Below are positions 1 to 9,079 of a stretch of 64,000 nucleotides of DNA, piece by piece. The stretch is from contig CAWKKR010000007.1 of NCBI GenBank assembly GCA_963850305.1, positions 512,001 through 576,000 on the forward strand, read 5' to 3'. The notes beneath the pieces were generated by a model. That model worked only from the letters and a program-made list of their open reading frames with translations. It had not been told where the DNA came from and did no database searches. The stretch's first letter is position 1. The number at the start of each line of letters is the position of its first letter. This stretch comes from an uncultured delta proteobacterium. GTDB lineage: Bacteria > Myxococcota_A > Polyangia > Polyangiales > Polyangiaceae. The translations under genes were made by a program, and so were the position numbers.

Positions 1-2
1 TC

Positions 3-1133
3 TCCGTCCACGCGGGCGCGTACCTCCTGCTTCGCACGTTCGGCCTCTGGGGTGACGTGACGGCGGTGAGAATCTGCGTCGGCGGGATTGGCCTGTCGAC
101 GGCGGCGCTCTGCTCGATGTTCAGCCGCGTGCAGCCCACGATCAAGGGCCAGGTGGGCTACGCGTCCGTGGCCCAGGTCGGCTTGATCTTCGTCGAGCTC
201 GGCCTGGGGCTCAGAGGCCTCGCGCTGGCTCACATGGTCTCGAATGCTCTCTTGCGCTGCTACCAGCTCCTGGTGTCGCCCTCGACGGTGGCCTACCTGT
301 TGCGAAGGCAAGCCTCCGCGGGCTCAGCGCAGGCCGCGGACTCGCGCGTGCCGTACGCGCCCCGCTTGCCAGAAAGCTGGAACTCCGCCCTCTACGTCTT
401 TGCGCTCTCGGAGGGCTACCTCAAGGAGACCTCGAAGGTCGCGCTGTGGAGCCCACTGCGGCGGCTCGGCCGTATGATGCGCCCTCGGCGCGCGCTCGGA
501 TCGATCGTGGTCCTCACCGCGGGGCTCGCCTTCGCCTCGCGGACGTTGCACCGAGGAGACCTGGCCCTGGGCTGGGTGTTCCTTGCCGTTGCGCTCCTCT
601 GCTCGGGCGCCGGGCTCGGATCGTGGCGCCGGCCGCTGGATGCGGTGACCTGGGTGTCGGGGTCGAGTCTCGCGATCGGAGCGGCGGTGTTCGCCCTCTC
701 TCCGGCACAGAACCGCTTCGCCGGCCTTTCGTACGCAGCAGCCGTCGCGATCTTCTGCGCGCTCGGCGTTGCTGGCACGGCCATGGTCGTGCCCCGGCGC
801 GCGATCATCACTCGATACGCTGGCCTGTCCGAGGTGCGCCCGATCGCCGCGGCGTTCACGCTCGTCTCCGCGCTCGGGATCGCGGGGTTCCCGTTGCTCC
901 CTACCTTCCTCGGCGAAGATCTGCTGCTGCACGACACCCTGCGCGAGAGCGGCGTGATCTCGGCCCTGCTCACGGCCGTGCTCGCCTTGAATGGCTACCT
1001 CGCCGTGCGAAACTTCGCTTTCACCTTCCTCGGCCAGCAGCGTCCGGAGGAAGGCAGCGGATGGGGCACGGCTCAGGGGGTGTTGGATAAGCGGCGACCG
1101 CTCGGCGAGTGGGCGCGATCACCGACGGCCTGA
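3..1133 (+). CDS. Proton-conducting membrane transporter subunit (NuoL/ND5/MrpA family, DabB-like), 5' truncated by window edge
   Basis: Frame is open from position 3 (SVHAGAYLLLRT). Motifs RVQPTIKGQVGYASVAQVGLIFVELGLG, HMVSNALLRCYQLL and LGIAGFPLLPTF; many TM helices. Confidence 0.75.
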   Translation, partial: SVHAGAYLLLRTFGLWGDVTAVRICVGGIGLSTAALCSMFSRVQPTIKGQVGYASVAQVGLIFVELGLGLRGLALAHMVSNALLRCYQLLVSPSTVAYLLRRQASAGSAQAADSRVPYAPRLPESWNSALYVFALSEGYLKETSKVALWSPLRRLGRMMRPRRALGSIVVLTAGLAFASRTLHRGDLALGWVFLAVALLCSGAGLGSWRRPLDAVTWVSGSSLAIGAAVFALSPAQNRFAGLSYAAAVAIFCALGVAGTAMVVPRRAIITRYAGLSEVRPIAAAFTLVSALGIAGFPLLPTFLGEDLLLHDTLRESGVISALLTAVLALNGYLAVRNFAFTFLGQQRPEEGSGWGTAQGVLDKRRPLGEWARSPTA

Positions 1134-1320
1134 TTCCAGGTGCTCGCACCCATCCCCGATGCAGGGTGGGTTCCCGACGCACTACCCCAAGCGAACGAAC
1201 ACCCCGCATCCTGTGCGAGTGGACGCACTGATTGCACCTCGGCGCTGCCGGGCGTCGAGAAATGCACCTTCGGAGGACGCCCCGGCCGCGCGTTTCGATC
1301 CCCGGAAGGCACCCCTGCCC

Positions 1321-1336
1321 GGGCACGACGATTGCT
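1321..1336 (+). promoter_or_regulatory. sigma-54 -24/-12 promoter
   Basis: GGGCACGACGATTGCT is GG-N10-GC and matches TGGCACG-N4-TTGCW. The ATG lies 14 nt after the -12 C. Confidence 0.65.
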
Positions 1337-1348
1337 CCCGCATCGGGA

Positions 1349-1909
1349 ATGGAGTTCGACCAAGTGATTCATGCTCGGCGGGCCGTGCGGGCGTTCGCCC
1401 CTCGGCGAGTCGACGATGCAAACATCAATACGTTGTTGCGCGCTGCCGTACAGGCCCCGAGTGCGATGAACGCGCAACCATGGGGATTCGCGGTAGTACA
1501 GGACGCGGCTCGTTTGAAACGCTACTCGGAGCGCGCGAAGGGGCTTCTGCTCATGGCAGCGGCCGATGCGAAAACCCGGCGCTACGAAGAGATGCTCCGC
1601 AACGACCAGTTCAACATCTTCTATGACGCGACGACGCTCATCGTGATTTGTGCCAGGGTTCACGGCCAGTATGCTGACGCCGACTGCTGGCTGGCGGCGG
1701 AGAATCTCATGCTGGCGGCGTGTGATATGGGGCTCGGCTCCTGCCCCATCGGCTTCGCCATTCCCGCGCTGAATAGCCGCGACATCAAGGAGGAGCTCCA
1801 GATCCCACCTGGAGGCTCCGCTGTTGCGCCCATCATCGTGGGATATCCGAGTGGGCCCACGGCGCCGGTGGTTCGCGCAGAGCCGCGGGTGCTATCTTGG
1901 ATGCGCTAG
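1349..1909 (+). CDS. Nitroreductase family protein
   Basis: MEFDQVIHARRAVRAF, AAVQAPSAMNAQPW, ENLMLAACDMGLGSCPIG, IIVGYP. Confidence 0.9.
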   Translation: MEFDQVIHARRAVRAFAPRRVDDANINTLLRAAVQAPSAMNAQPWGFAVVQDAARLKRYSERAKGLLLMAAADAKTRRYEEMLRNDQFNIFYDATTLIVICARVHGQYADADCWLAAENLMLAACDMGLGSCPIGFAIPALNSRDIKEELQIPPGGSAVAPIIVGYPSGPTAPVVRAEPRVLSWMR

Positions 1910-1967
1910 TCGGGTTCGGCAGGCGTAGCGTTACGACCTCGGCGGGGGAACCATCGAAGCCGTCCAT

Positions 1968-3728
1968 TCAGCCCGCTTCGCCGAACAGCGCCTGCGCGCG
2001 CGCGAGCGCCGCGAATCGACCATCGGCGCGGACCAGCTCCGAGAACCCTCCGCACTCGACGACGGTGCCGTGGTCGAAGACGAAGATCTTCGTCGCGTCC
2101 TTCACGGTGGCGAGCCGGTGCGCGATGACGAACGTGGTGCGTCCCTTGACGACCTCGTCGAGCGCGCGCTTGATCTTCTGCTCCGTCTGGGCGTCGAGCG
2201 CCGACGTCGCCTCGTCCAGTATGAGGATGGGCGGATCTTTCAGGAGTGCGCGCGCGATGGACAGACGCTGGCACTCGCCGCCCGAGAGCGATCTTCCGCG
2301 CTCACCGATGATCGTATCGAGGCCGTGAGGCGCCCGCTCGACGACGTCGAGCGCCTGCGCGCGCTCGAGCGCCCCGAAGATCTCGTCGTCGGTAGCATCG
2401 GGTTTTCCGACGATGAGGTTGTCGCGAATGGACCTGGCGAAGAGCATCGACTCCTGGAAGACGATCCCGATGTTCCGCCGCAACGAGTACAGAGAAAACT
2501 CTCGGATATCGCGTCCGTCCGCCAAGATCCGTCCTTCGGTCGGGTCGAACGCGCGGTGCAAGAGGCCGAGCGTCGTGGATTTTCCGGAGCCCGTCGGCCC
2601 GACGAATGCCACGGTCTCTCCGGGCTCCACGTCGAAGCTCACGTCACGCAGCGCGAAGCCGACACCGTCGTACGAGAACGACACGCGCTCGAAGGTGATG
2701 CGCGCCGAGAGAGTTCCGGCGTCCACGGCGTCGGGCCGGTCCCGGAGCGACGGCGTCGTGTCGAGGATCTCGAAGAACTCGCTCATCTTCGGTGCTTCGT
2801 GGAACAGCGACGTGATGAACCCGATCGTCGTGCCGAGGCGTCCGACGAGCATCCCGGCGATGCTGAGGAACGCCACGACCTCGCCGACGCTCGCCTGGCC
2901 GTGCAGGAAGAGCCACGTCCCAACGAGCAAGATCGCCGTCATCGTGAGGGTTGCGGCGGCTCGCGTGGCGACCGCCGCGACGGCCCACCACGAGAGCACC
3001 GGGAGCTGCGCTTCGAGGAGACGGAGCGTGATCTCCTTGAGCTCGCCGAGCTCGTCTTCGATGCGCGTGAAGCTCTGCACGATCGGTAAATTGCCGATGG
3101 TGTCGGCCGCGTGCTCGGCGAGTGCGGTGTGATGCGCCGTCACCTTCCCCTGGAGCGCCTGAGTGCGTCCGATCACCAATGTGGTCAACGCCGCGAACAC
3201 GACGACGAGGGCGACCAACAAAGAGCCCAGCTGAGCGTTCTTCAGCACCGTGAGCGGCAGGAGCACGACGAGCGCCACGAAGGCCGAGCAATGTTCGCGA
3301 AAGAACCCGAGCCACACGAAGCTCATCGAGTCCGCGCCGCCGAGCATCACCTTCATCAGCCGGCTCGAGTGCGAGTTGGCATGAAATGCGGCCGGAAGCG
3401 ACAGCACGTGCTGGAAGAACCGCGCCATCACGGATGCGCGGCAGCGGTGTGCGAGCCGATCCGCGTGGAGCGCGACGAGCACGCCGGCGCCGATGTTGAA
3501 CAGCCCGAACGCGACCCACGGAACGACGAGCGGCAGGAGACCCCGGAACGTGAGCGGCGGCACCGAGCGCCTCGCTCGCGACAAGGCGTCGACGATGTGG
3601 CCGAACAAGATCGGGTCCGCGAACTGAACGACGGCCAGGAGCACGTTCGCGAACGTCATCGCGATCACGGTCCACTTTTCCGGCCGGAGCTCCGCGAGCA
3701 CGCGTCCGTACGTCGCGAGGAGACGCAT
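1968..3728 (-). CDS. ndvA: Cyclic beta-1,2-glucan ABC exporter (NdvA/ChvA-like) permease/ATPase
   Basis: Fused TMD+NBD with Walker A GPTGSGKST, LSGGECQR and ILDEATSALD. Family-typical N-terminus QFADPILFGHIVDAL, HADRLAHR, WLGFFREH. Confidence 0.8.
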   Translation of the reverse strand: MRLLATYGRVLAELRPEKWTVIAMTFANVLLAVVQFADPILFGHIVDALSRARRSVPPLTFRGLLPLVVPWVAFGLFNIGAGVLVALHADRLAHRCRASVMARFFQHVLSLPAAFHANSHSSRLMKVMLGGADSMSFVWLGFFREHCSAFVALVVLLPLTVLKNAQLGSLLVALVVVFAALTTLVIGRTQALQGKVTAHHTALAEHAADTIGNLPIVQSFTRIEDELGELKEITLRLLEAQLPVLSWWAVAAVATRAAATLTMTAILLVGTWLFLHGQASVGEVVAFLSIAGMLVGRLGTTIGFITSLFHEAPKMSEFFEILDTTPSLRDRPDAVDAGTLSARITFERVSFSYDGVGFALRDVSFDVEPGETVAFVGPTGSGKSTTLGLLHRAFDPTEGRILADGRDIREFSLYSLRRNIGIVFQESMLFARSIRDNLIVGKPDATDDEIFGALERAQALDVVERAPHGLDTIIGERGRSLSGGECQRLSIARALLKDPPILILDEATSALDAQTEQKIKRALDEVVKGRTTFVIAHRLATVKDATKIFVFDHGTVVECGGFSELVRADGRFAALARAQALFGEAG

Positions 3729-4023
3729 AGGAGATTGGTGTAGGTCGCTCGCCTGGCGGTCCGAAAGTACACGGCGTGCAATACGGCCGACTAGCTCGGC
3801 CCGGCGATCGGAAGAAGACCAACACGACCGCGGGCCGGGTGAAGGGCCGCTGTGGAGGCCTCAAGGCGGCGGCATCGTTCACGCCAGGTTCCTCGGGCGA
3901 AGTGGCCGCAGTCTGCGACGCCCGGACGTCGCTTGGCTCTCGGACGCCGCTGGTCTACGAGTGAAGGTAACCTCGCCTTTCTGCAGGGTGCCTGACGGCT
4001 CGGGAGATTTCCACGTGGGACGC

Positions 4024-5199
4024 ATGCGCAAGAAGTCGAAGATTTCGAGGTCGAGTGCGCGAGAGAGGGCTTCGCACCTTGCAATCCTCGTCGCGACGCG
4101 AAAGGGCGCCTGGCTCTTTCGTGGGGATGGGGCGAGACGAACGTTCGACGTCGATGGCCCGCATTTCCTCGGCCACGTCGTGAGCCACATGGTGCTCGAT
4201 CCGCGCGACGGGCACACCTTGCTCGCCGCGGCGAAGACCGGCCACCTCGGGCCGACGGTGTTTCGCTCGGAGGATCTCGGACGGAGCTGGAAGGAGGCGG
4301 TGCGTCCGCCCGCGTTCCCGAAGGCGAAGGACGGCGAGAAAGGGCGCGTCGTCGATCATACGTTCTGGCTGTCGCCCGGGCACGCGAGCGAACCGGGAGC
4401 GTGGTACGCGGGAACTTCTCCGCAGGGTCTTTTCCGCTCGTCGGATGCCGGCGTCACGTGGGATCCGGTCTCGGGCTTCAACGATGATCCGGCGTTCCTT
4501 GCTCGCGTCGGGGACTCGCAGGGTGGGACGCCGGACGGTCCGCAGATCCACTCGATCCTCGTGGATCCTCGAAATGCGAACCACCTTTATCTGGGGGCGT
4601 CGAGCGGCGGCGTGCACGAGTCGACGGACGGGGGCAACACCTGGGCACCGCTCTCCGAAGGGCTCGAGGTCGTCCAGGGATTGGACGCGACGAACCTCGC
4701 GTTCCACGATCCGCACTGTCTTGCTCTCTGCCCCGGAAACCCCGACCGCCTCTACCAGCAGAACCACTGCGGCATCTACAGGATCGATCGCCCCGCGACG
4801 GACTGGGTGCGAGTCGGGAGGAACATGCCGAAGAAGGTCGGTGATGTCGGCTTCCCGATGGTCGTGCACCCACGGGACCCGGACGTGGCCTGGGTGTTCC
4901 CAATGGACGGCACGAGCGTCTGGCCCCGCACGAGCCCTGGCGGTAAGCCCGCCGCCTACCGGACGGAGGATGGCGGCAGGACGTGGAAGAGGCTCGATTG
5001 GGGCCTGCCGCGCGAGCAGGCGTGGTGGACGGTGAAGCGCCAGGCGATGGCCGCCGACGGCCGCGATCCGGCGGGGCTCTACCTGGGAACGACGAGCGGC
5101 GAGCTCTGGGCGAGCCGGAACGAGGGAGATCGGTTTCGCTGCATCGCGCGCCACCTGCCTGAGATTTACGCCGTCGAGGCCGCGGAGATCGACGGATGA
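4024..5199 (+). CDS. BNR/Asp-box repeat beta-propeller protein (sialidase-like fold)
   Basis: Repeated Asp-boxes SEDLGRSW, SSDAGVTW, STDGGNTW, TEDGGRTW and SRNEGDRF; no signal peptide. Confidence 0.85.
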   Translation: MRKKSKISRSSARERASHLAILVATRKGAWLFRGDGARRTFDVDGPHFLGHVVSHMVLDPRDGHTLLAAAKTGHLGPTVFRSEDLGRSWKEAVRPPAFPKAKDGEKGRVVDHTFWLSPGHASEPGAWYAGTSPQGLFRSSDAGVTWDPVSGFNDDPAFLARVGDSQGGTPDGPQIHSILVDPRNANHLYLGASSGGVHESTDGGNTWAPLSEGLEVVQGLDATNLAFHDPHCLALCPGNPDRLYQQNHCGIYRIDRPATDWVRVGRNMPKKVGDVGFPMVVHPRDPDVAWVFPMDGTSVWPRTSPGGKPAAYRTEDGGRTWKRLDWGLPREQAWWTVKRQAMAADGRDPAGLYLGTTSGELWASRNEGDRFRCIARHLPEIYAVEAAEIDG

Positions 5200-5456
5200 A
5201 TGTCCTCATTCCGAGCCCCCTGCGCTCTTACACGGCGGACCGCGATCGGGTCGAGGCGACGGGTGCGTCCCTCGCCGAGTTGCTGGCGGACCTCGAGCGC
5301 CAGTTTCCGGGGATCCGCTTTCGCATGATCGACGAGCAGGATCAGATGCGGCCGCACATCCGCTTCTTCGTCAACGGCGAGCAAGCGTTTGCCATTTCGG
5401 ACCGCGTCGAGCCAACTGACGACATCGCCATCGTGCAGGCATTGAGCGGGGGGTGA
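5196..5456 (+). CDS. MoaD/ThiS family ubiquitin-like (beta-grasp) protein
   Basis: 86 aa; VLIPSPLRSYT...IRFFVNG...IVQALSGG with C-terminal GG; ATGA overlap with the upstream gene. Confidence 0.9.
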   Translation: MNVLIPSPLRSYTADRDRVEATGASLAELLADLERQFPGIRFRMIDEQDQMRPHIRFFVNGEQAFAISDRVEPTDDIAIVQALSGG

Positions 5457-5566
5457 GGTCGATGCGGATCGATCGGGCGGGTTTTGGACGGCCAGGCCAC
5501 CGTCGAACGGGTCCAAGGTGAACCGTCGAGCGGACGTCCGCCCGGAGCCGGGTGTATAAAGAGAGG

Positions 5567-7414
5567 ATGAGGGTTTCTCTCCGTGCACTCGTCGCGCTGA
5601 CCGCGCTGGGTTCGGCAGCGTGCGGGGGAGGGGGTACACACCCGCGGAGCACTGACGGCGGTCCGGGAAACGGAGCGGGCGGGAACGGAAGTGCGAGCGG
5701 TGGGTCATCGGCAAAGGGTGGCGCTGCGTCGGCGAATGGCGGCGCGACCTCACGCGGCGGGAGCGCGTCGCTGGCGGACGGGAGTGTTGCGCCGACGGCG
5801 GCCTGTAAGGTCGGAACGACCCGGGGAGCCGTGCAGAGGCCCGTCTTCGTCCGAAACCTTGCGGCGGGGGAGACCGGGTGGTTCAGCTCGCCCGCCGTCG
5901 TCGACCTCGACGGCAACGGCAAGAAGGAGATCGTCGCGCCGCTCTATAGCACGTTCGTCTATGACTCTTCGGGCAAGCAGCTCGCCAAGGGGACGGCGAC
6001 CCAGGGGCGCATCTACGCGCCCGGCGTCGTCGCGGATCTCGACGGGGATGGCACGACGGAGATCGTCGTCGGAGGCAACAACGGAACCGTCGCGGCTTAC
6101 GAATGGACGAACGGCGCGCTCGCGGTGAAGGCGGGCTGGCCCGCGAGCACGTGCAGCGACGGGCAGTGTCCCGAAGCGCGCGGCATGGCCGCCGCGGACC
6201 TCGACGGCGACGGCAAGATCGAGGTCGTCGTCACGACCACGAACACCGCGACCGATGGCGCACAGGTGTTCGTGTTCGAGCCGGACGGTACGCCATACCA
6301 ACCCCCCGGACTCTCGTTCACGGCGTGGCCTCGTTACAACACGAAGACCGGCACCGGCAACGATGCCGACTGGAACGGCCCGGGCAACCATGGCTACGGT
6401 TGTTACGGGGAGAATGTGGGCATCGGCAATCTCGACGACTCACCGGATCTGGAGATCGTCGTGACTTACGACAACCACCAGATCAACGTCTTCAAAAAGG
6501 ACGGCACATCCGTCCTCGCGTCGGACTACTTCACCAACCCGGACAGCAAGTACCTCGGAAACCGCCTCGGCTGGGGCCAGTTCATCCGCTGGCGCGACCC
6601 GAAGGACGAAGCCGACGAGTACAACACGCACTCATCGTATCCGAGCGTCGACACGACCATGTGGCTCCAGTGGACCGCGTCACCGCCGAACGTCGTCGAC
6701 CTAGACGGGGACGGGAAGAACGATGTGGTCGGGATCCCCAATGCCGAGGAGCACGAGCCTTATGTGACGCAAGCTTACGCATTCATGGCGCTCCATGGAA
6801 ACTACGGGGACGGTTCCCTTTCGGCGCGGCGGCTCGACGCGTTCGACACGCTGCCCGTGAGTGACCAGCCCGCGGTGCGTACGGCCGACGATTACTACCC
6901 GCCGAGCGGCATTCCCGCGCCGACCACGGTCGACATCGTCGGCGACGCGAGGCCCGAGATCATCGCGCCGATCGACGACGGCTACGTCTACGGCATCGGC
7001 CCGGACGGTGAGCGCCTCTTTCGCTTCGACTACGCCAAGGGGGCGCCGAAGACCTTCGCGTCGGAAGTCACCGTTGCCGACCTCAACCAGGACGGCATCC
7101 CCGAGCTCGTGTTTGGCACGTACGCACTGACGAAGAACGCCGGCCGCCTCATCGTCCTGGAGAACACCGGCGAGCTCCTCTTCGACGTGCCTCTTCCGAA
7201 CCAGGGCAGCGACGGCAACGGCATCGGCGTCCCCGCCGCGCCGACGATCGCCGACCTGGACGGCGACGGGACGCTCGAGATCGTGCTCACCACGTTCGAT
7301 CACGGCATCGACATTTTTTCGGTACCCGGCTCGAGTGACAATTGCGTGCTCTGGGGGACCGGTCGCGGAAGCCTGCTCCGCAACGGAGCCGGGCCGAGCA
7401 CGATCGCGCCATGA
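5567..7414 (+). CDS. FG-GAP/VCBS repeat lipoprotein
   Basis: Lipobox SAAC, Gly/Ser linker and multiple DLDGDGxxEIV repeats. Confidence 0.85.
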   Translation: MRVSLRALVALTALGSAACGGGGTHPRSTDGGPGNGAGGNGSASGGSSAKGGAASANGGATSRGGSASLADGSVAPTAACKVGTTRGAVQRPVFVRNLAAGETGWFSSPAVVDLDGNGKKEIVAPLYSTFVYDSSGKQLAKGTATQGRIYAPGVVADLDGDGTTEIVVGGNNGTVAAYEWTNGALAVKAGWPASTCSDGQCPEARGMAAADLDGDGKIEVVVTTTNTATDGAQVFVFEPDGTPYQPPGLSFTAWPRYNTKTGTGNDADWNGPGNHGYGCYGENVGIGNLDDSPDLEIVVTYDNHQINVFKKDGTSVLASDYFTNPDSKYLGNRLGWGQFIRWRDPKDEADEYNTHSSYPSVDTTMWLQWTASPPNVVDLDGDGKNDVVGIPNAEEHEPYVTQAYAFMALHGNYGDGSLSARRLDAFDTLPVSDQPAVRTADDYYPPSGIPAPTTVDIVGDARPEIIAPIDDGYVYGIGPDGERLFRFDYAKGAPKTFASEVTVADLNQDGIPELVFGTYALTKNAGRLIVLENTGELLFDVPLPNQGSDGNGIGVPAAPTIADLDGDGTLEIVLTTFDHGIDIFSVPGSSDNCVLWGTGRGSLLRNGAGPSTIAP

Positions 7415-7430
7415 GCAGTCCGCATGCGCC

Positions 7431-8873
7431 TCAGGGTGTGTGTTGGAAGTCGCTCACCGCCGGATATTCCGTTCTCAGATTGTTGAACGCGGTGCTGCGG
7501 TCCACGCAGTTCAGAGCCTGTTCGAGCACCGCGGTGCTCGTGTAATTGATGATGGCCGGGCCTCTCGTCGGATCCGGCATCGTCCCGCATTGAGCGATCG
7601 AGTCGAGGAGCGGCAAGGCAAGACCGCTGCAGGTCAGGTACTGGTTCGCGACCTGGATCGCAGTTTGACCGGACGAATTCTTTTCCCAGCACAGGTCCGT
7701 CACGTCGAGGTGATTCCCGTTGGCGATGCCGACCAGGTACTTGTCGGCGCCGACGGAGGATGAGTAGGCGCTCTGGTCGGACGAGTACGGGACGACGGAA
7801 TCGTTCGCTCCGCCCGCGAGCAGGACGGCTTTTATCATCGATCCCGTCACGGCCGTTCCGCCGAGATCGGCGAACGGCATGTCGACCTCGACGTTCGGCT
7901 TGGTGCCGAAACCCGCGGCGGCCGAGGCGCCCGCGCTGTGTCCGCTGATCGCGATGCGCGACGTATCGACCGAGTTGCCCAGGAATGACAGATCGCCGGT
8001 TCTGGCGTTCAGCGCCGCAATCTCGGCGTCGACATCCCGGCTCAGGTCCTCCGAGATCCCGGTCGTCGCGCCGCAACCCGAGCCCAGGAAGTCGGAGAGA
8101 AACAGTCCTGGGTGGTCCGCGGCGAGCACCACGAACCCGTGCGAGGCCCACTGGACCATGGTCGACATCGATGCGATCCGGAATGAGGCCGTGCCGTGGA
8201 TGAAGATCACCGCCGGGTAGGGACCATGGCTCGTGTCAGGCGGTAGATCGCGGTAGCACTTTCCTTCTCCGAGCTTGGTGAAGTCGCAGATCGCAGGTGC
8301 ATTGGCCGAAGCCGGGATCTCGCTGGCGTTCGGACCGAGCCACGCGGTCACGTCGTAGCTGACCGGGGTCTGTCCCGCGTCGCTGCCGAACGTCGCGGGG
8401 TACCAGACTTCGACCTTGAGGCTGCCGCCCGTCATCGCGACGCTCACCGTCTTCACGCCGACGGGCCACGGACCCGGCTTTCCGGGATCCGGATCCGCTT
8501 GGTAAATCTTCGAGCTCCCGCAACCGCTGACGACGGGTGGCTCGCCCGAGGAGGCATTCGCTCCGCCAGCGCCGGTGTTGCCCGTTCCGCCGGTGTTGCC
8601 GGTGCCCGTTCCGCCGGTGTTGCCGGTGCCCGTTCCGCCGGTGTCGCCCGTGGCACCGACTCCGCCGACATTGCCCGTTCCACTCACGTTGCCGGCTCCG
8701 CCGAAGTTGCCGGAATTGCCGGCCCCACCCGCGTTGCCGGTGTTGCCGGCTCCGCCGACGGCGGCAACGCCGCCCGTGCTCGATTCCCCCTCGTTCCCGC
8801 TGCCGCTCGGATTATTGGACGAGCAAGCGACCATAGCGATGCATCCGAAAAGTGCGATACCGATGAATTTCAT
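7431..8873 (-). CDS. Alpha/beta hydrolase lipoprotein (PAF-AH/chlorophyllase-like)
   Basis: SD GGAGG before ATG; lipobox MVAC; G/T/N-rich linker; FIHG, LAADHPG, nucleophile motif GHSAG, GNHLDV. Confidence 0.8.
   Translation of the reverse strand: MKFIGIALFGCIAMVACSSNNPSGSGNEGESSTGGVAAVGGAGNTGNAGGAGNSGNFGGAGNVSGTGNVGGVGATGDTGGTGTGNTGGTGTGNTGGTGNTGAGGANASSGEPPVVSGCGSSKIYQADPDPGKPGPWPVGVKTVSVAMTGGSLKVEVWYPATFGSDAGQTPVSYDVTAWLGPNASEIPASANAPAICDFTKLGEGKCYRDLPPDTSHGPYPAVIFIHGTASFRIASMSTMVQWASHGFVVLAADHPGLFLSDFLGSGCGATTGISEDLSRDVDAEIAALNARTGDLSFLGNSVDTSRIAISGHSAGASAAAGFGTKPNVEVDMPFADLGGTAVTGSMIKAVLLAGGANDSVVPYSSDQSAYSSSVGADKYLVGIANGNHLDVTDLCWEKNSSGQTAIQVANQYLTCSGLALPLLDSIAQCGTMPDPTRGPAIINYTSTAVLEQALNCVDRSTAFNNLRTEYPAVSDFQHTP
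8560..8760 (-). repeat. Coding tandem repeats (GNTGGTGT-type linker)
   Basis: Near-perfect 24-nt units ccgccggtgttgccggtgcccgtt inside the hydrolase CDS. Confidence 0.7.
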
Positions 8874-9079
8874 CTTCGAGCCTCCCGCGGCGCCGTTCGG
8901 ATCCCGGACGCGCCCATCCGCGGGATGCCCACTTCGCAGCGGATCCATTGGCACGAGCGCCGCGGCTGGGCGCGCCATTTTCATAACCGGCGACGCCAAC
9001 CGGTCGGTGCTATCCGTCGGAGGGCGCGTGGTCGCCACGGGCTTCGTCACGTCCTGACGGGCAGCCGACGCGCGTCTCG

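Noticed and set aside
8560..8760. Tandem ~24-nt repeats as a possible CRISPR array
   Set aside because: No unique spacers and no cas genes; the repeats encode an in-frame Gly/Thr/Asn linker.
8948..8963. TTGGCACGAGCGCCGC as a sigma-54 promoter
   Set aside because: The -12 element (CCGC) is poor and it lies about 115 nt from the next start; not supportable.
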